A stretch of DNA of 61,362 nucleotides, filler included, from Globobulimina sp. (lineage: Eukaryota): NCBI GenBank assembly GCA_003354225.1. It is 20 parts of 20 records of this genome, joined end to end, with 100 filler letters (N's around TTAATTAATTAA, not from the genome) between each part and the next. Parts side by side here need not be neighbours in the genome. Positions count along the whole stretch, not along the records: positions 55,323 to 58,292 come from PIVH01004187.1; positions 58,393 to 61,362 come from PIVH01004188.1; 18 more parts are not named here. One strand, written 5' to 3'. Under the pieces are notes generated by a model, which was not told the DNA's origin, searched no databases, and saw only the letters and a list, made by a program, of their open reading frames with translations. Of the stretch, positions 57,464-61,362 are shown piece by piece. A program made the position numbers and the translations under genes. How positions within the stretch are numbered: position 1 is the stretch's first letter; every line of letters starts with the position of its first letter.

Positions 57464-57753
57464 AGTACATATACAGATACCATTCAAATATCTGAATGAC
57501 AATTCGTATCTATTTTTCCGTTGCAAACACAAACGTTATATGTCGTCTATGAGGTGAGAACCCTGATATAAAGATTTCTTGAAGTGAGAACTATTTAGGC
57601 CTAGGCTCAAAAGATGAAATGCGATCAACCCAATAAAAATGTAAATGAGCGAAAGTTATAGCGACATTTACGAATCCTTGCACTTGTACTGTTATACAAT
57701 ATATCTTGTATAATATACTCATTAATTAGACACAAATACATTAAAATTTTCAA

Positions 57754-58292
57754 TTACATTTGGCTATATTTTCGTAGCTCTTGCTCGGTGGCCGCGGCAA
57801 TGGTGATATCCCAAAACGAGGCTTGCGTCCCTTCGCCGGCGCAGTCTCCCTTACATCCCGTCATTCCGTCCAGCCACGACATGCCATTATAATCGGCGCC
57901 CCAATAATCAAAAATCATCACCATGCCGTAGCTCAAAGCGGTGTTCATAGTCCGCGTATAGCCGCTGTTGCTCGCACACACTTTGAAGGAAAACTCGTTG
58001 CCATTCTGCGACAATGTGGTGCCAATCGAGTCTGCGCCGAAAGTGATGCTCTGTTTGAACGCATTGTTTGTATTGATTTTGAAATTGGAGCCCGGTCCCA
58101 TCCCGCCGCTATTTTCCGTAAATGCGTTGGTGCCACAGCCGCCTCTGTCGCATTGACTGATATGTCCGCCGGGGTTCTGCGAACAGGAATGCTCAGAGAC
58201 CATAGTCACATATTTGTTGGCTTCCATCGTATCCATTTAAAATCCCAGCAATATTCTCCATTTTGTGACTGCGCATCGCAATAATAAGTGCC
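57754..58292 (-). pseudogene. Glycoside hydrolase family 7 (endoglucanase-like) C-terminal part, frameshifted at the catalytic motif
   Basis: YYCDAQ...YCW/MDTMEAN, HSC, CDRGGC, INTNNAF, GMVMIFDYWG, MSWLD. Five extra nt lie where the first Glu of ExDxxE is expected. Confidence 0.8.
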
Positions 58293-58638
58293 NNNNNNNN
58301 NNNNNNNNNNNNNNNNNNNNNNNNNNNNNNNNNNNNTTAATTAATTAANNNNNNNNNNNNNNNNNNNNNNNNNNNNNNNNNNNNNNNNNNNNATGAAAGT
58401 GCGGATGAAGTTGTTCAAGGTTTTAAACAATTATTAGCTGAATATTGGGAAGATAAAATTCCATTTGCTTCAGTATATGGCAAGAAATTTCAGAGTCATG
58501 CAATAAATCTAATACTGCACATATTCACAAGTCTACAAATACTGTTTCCAACGAGTATAGTTAAAATAAAATGAAAGAAAAGTAAAATCAATAAAGTAAA
58601 ACAAAAAGGAAACTGAAACTGAAATAAAAGGTGACGAT

Positions 58639-60094
58639 CTAATTTGTTGAGATAAGATTTCTAATTTGCTGTCTCCACCAGGAACGTTTATCAAACCAGA
58701 TTTGAAAATCAAACTCTCCCAAAATTAATGACAAATTCTCTTTTAAATACTCAAATAATCTCTCATCACATAAATTGGTGAAATTTGACAGTCCATCAAA
58801 TACATTTAAATCATCCAAACAATATTCATATTTTTTGCGTTTATGTACCTCATTATTTTCTTCTGTTAACTCTGAATAAAATTGTTGAGTCATGATTGAT
58901 TTATATGCGTCTTTATTAGATAACAAATATTCAACACAGCCATTATTAGTGGTTTCGTAATCATACACCGAAAAACAATAAAAATATGCTATCATTTTTT
59001 TTTAAATTATTGAATAAATATTCTGATTGAACAATTTTAAGGTTGAGCTTTGTTGCTCCATTTAACATAGTAAAATGTTCAAGATTTTGTTTAAAGAGCA
59101 ACACATTTACATACGGACAGAGGTCCATTGATAGTTTTCGTATTATAGGCAAACCTCCTTTGCGTTTAGAACTGAGTGAATATGAAACCAGCCAAGCCAC
59201 CAAATCCTTTCTTGTCTGTTTGGTCTGTTTTGCATTCAATAATGGAATTAAATAATCTGTAAAAGCAGGAGATTTTATGTATTTAGTGTAGAATGTATCC
59301 ATTACATCGCAAATACACTCACAGGAACTTCTCGATAACCGATATTTATCTTCTCTGCAAATAAGTTTATGAGTTCGAGAATAAGAATTACTCACTTTCT
59401 CTCTTAATAAAATGATATATTTCGAATTGGGAGCAAAATGTGACAATGTTTTAGCGGTATAAGGCAATAGAAAAAGCTTGGGAGTTTTTGCAAAATAATA
59501 TTTTAGCGATAAATTATTCCCCCAATTATTCCAAGTGGGATATTCTTTTGTTTTCTTACTTTTTATCAATAAATTGAATTCATTTAAATATTCTTTCCAA
59601 TTCTCTTTCGAACAATGTATATAATCACTTTTCAGATTGAAAGGTATAAAATGCCAGGATTTGTTGTAAACGAATTCTTGTGTTTTCGTGTAAATGGTGT
59701 TTCTTAAAGCGCAGTTTCGAAAGAACTTAGGTTCCCGGGAAGAACTGACAATAAAATGATTCAGTTTTTTAAATAAATACCGTGTTGTCCCAGACCCAGA
59801 GCATGATGCACCTAAAACCATTACCGTTGGATAATCATATTTCCATTCAACCAAATCATGATTGAAATCAAAAGTGTTTAATTCGTCATTGTTGGAATAA
59901 GTTAAAATGGGATATCGATTAATTTGAATATTAGATGTGTTTTGACTGTTTTCTGCATTAATATTATGATCAAAGCGTGTCACATTCCAGAATAGAAATA
60001 AATTGTTTGTTACATGTAATGTGAAGAATGAGATTATTGACACTGATGCTACAATTATTAGTGGTACGCCGCAATTAGTGATAGATTTCATCAT
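58639..60094 (-). CDS. Type II membrane sulfotransferase-like protein; frameshift in a homopolymer near 58995
   Basis: N-terminal signal anchor, PTVMVLGASCSGS, REPKFF, KTP, KYIILLRE...YS, IVQSEYLF. The PAPS motifs are degenerate, and two ORFs overlap at a poly-A run. Confidence 0.65.
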
Positions 60095-60360
60095 ATTAGA
60101 TATGCTGTATATATATATGACCTTAAAAAAAACTCTTGGCTAACCTAAGCAAAAAACATCTTAAATGCGAAACCTTTAAAATTGGTTAGATTTTTAAAAC
60201 GTCGCCGGCCAAGTCAGTTAATTCTATCTATGATACCAACACCGTTTATTTGGCTCTTTTCGTAAAAACATAAGAAGTTGTCATTAATTTAACTGAACTC
60301 GAAATGGAAATTAAAATATTGAATGAATACACACAAAAATCTAAAAATACTATAAATAAT

Positions 60361-61362
60361 TTAAAATAACATGGCATCATCTTCAGGCAATATTGCTCGG
60401 AATAGTTTATATGTTTTATGCATTGTTAAGCGCACCACATATACTTTTCGCACCGTCAACTGAACCTCACAAATCATTTTCAGATTTGCATTGCTTGGAT
60501 GTTGAAACAATATATTCACCATTAAACATCTATAATTCCCAAATACCGGTGCATTCCGAACAAAATTGTTCTTCAATCTACACACTTTATAGTTTGCTGT
60601 TAATTTGCTATACGCTGCGGATAAATCTTGAATATTTTCATAAACCACCAAACACCGAACAATACCTAAAATATGAGCACCGACCGGTTGCTTTTCATCT
60701 TTATAATCATAATCTATTTTTTGTAAACATCTTTCAAATTTTTTAATTGGAGCTTCACAAAATTCGCCCTTTGTATCAGCAAATAAGTCGCGCATTGCTT
60801 TCTGAAATGGAATTTGCAATTTTCCACCAACCTGCAACACAAAGTCAACAAATGCGTTTTTAAAGGAATTGTTGATCGGATCATCGCTTACATTATGCAC
60901 CGGAACCAATCCATATTTTGTTTCTAACTCTGTTTTATATTTCTCTGCATTGATTTTATCATTTTCAAATGGTCCCCACTTGCATCGTTGCAATATTTGT
61001 TTCTTATCCTGTCTTAATATCAAATCGTTAGGATTTGGGCTCTTTATCTCACCAATCAATGCATCATAGTTTGGATCTGCAAACAGCTCATTGTTATAAT
61101 AATCAGTCAATACACAACCTAACTCATCCAATTTGGCTTCATATCTATTCTTTAATTGCTCCATAATTTCATCACGTTGTATGCCAGCACTTGAATCATT
61201 TAACCATCCATTTTGAGCCGCATTTAGAAATTGTAACATCTTAACTTGTCCCTCAAATCTTTTTTTCTCAGCATCATGACCTATTTTTTCTTCCTTCTCA
61301 TCGGAATTATTGCAGAACGATTCAGATCTCGTTGCTTGCTCCACCATCAATCCAATCATTTT
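60361..61362 (-). CDS. RelA/SpoT-like nucleotidyltransferase domain protein, 5'-truncated
   Basis: APIKKFERCLQKIDYDY, ILGIVRC, VCRLKNNF, GNYRCLMVN, ICEVQL and HKTYKLFR follow the synthetase motif order. Confidence 0.75.
   Translation of the reverse strand, partial: KMIGLMVEQATRSESFCNNSDEKEEKIGHDAEKKRFEGQVKMLQFLNAAQNGWLNDSSAGIQRDEIMEQLKNRYEAKLDELGCVLTDYYNNELFADPNYDALIGEIKSPNPNDLILRQDKKQILQRCKWGPFENDKINAEKYKTELETKYGLVPVHNVSDDPINNSFKNAFVDFVLQVGGKLQIPFQKAMRDLFADTKGEFCEAPIKKFERCLQKIDYDYKDEKQPVGAHILGIVRCLVVYENIQDLSAAYSKLTANYKVCRLKNNFVRNAPVFGNYRCLMVNILFQHPSNANLKMICEVQLTVRKVYVVRLTMHKTYKLFRAILPEDDAMLF

Overview
This window is not one locus. It is 20 unrelated contigs of 2,970-2,976 bp, sorted by decreasing length and joined by an artificial 100-bp linker (N44-TTAATTAATTAA-N44), so gene neighbourhoods across linkers mean nothing. 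Almost all contigs are AT-rich, gene-dense eukaryotic nuclear DNA with short GT-AG introns (about 50-130 nt, mostly 60-75) and the standard genetic code. Recognisable genes include BBS1, NPL4, a kinesin-4, a PIP kinase, a PZP-type PHD protein, a bromodomain protein, a CAR-like GPCR, a C-type lectin, a sterol desaturase, cytochrome b561 and a PQ-loop transporter. The style (PT-repeat surface proteins, acidic tails, small introns) suggests a rhizarian such as a foraminiferan, which is inference only. One contig is a eukaryote/bacterium chimera carrying a B12-binding radical SAM fragment. Mobile and relic DNA includes a Gypsy-type integrase, a DIRS/Ngaro-like gag, a frameshifted NUMOD4-HNH endonuclease, MITE-like elements and deletion-riddled kinase pseudogenes. 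The most interesting candidates are: (1) a spliced receptor-type deubiquitinase (signal peptide, lectin-like ectodomain, PT stalk, TM helix, intact Josephin domain); (2) an AlkB dioxygenase nested inside a PhyH-like dioxygenase; (3) an intron-containing phage/bacterial-type GHKL ATPase with a signal-like leader; (4) an inverted repeat whose arms are inward-facing 3' splice sites; (5) twin covarying hairpins beside a degenerate tRNA; (6) a RelA/SpoT-like domain. All family calls come from motif recognition by eye; no database searches were run.
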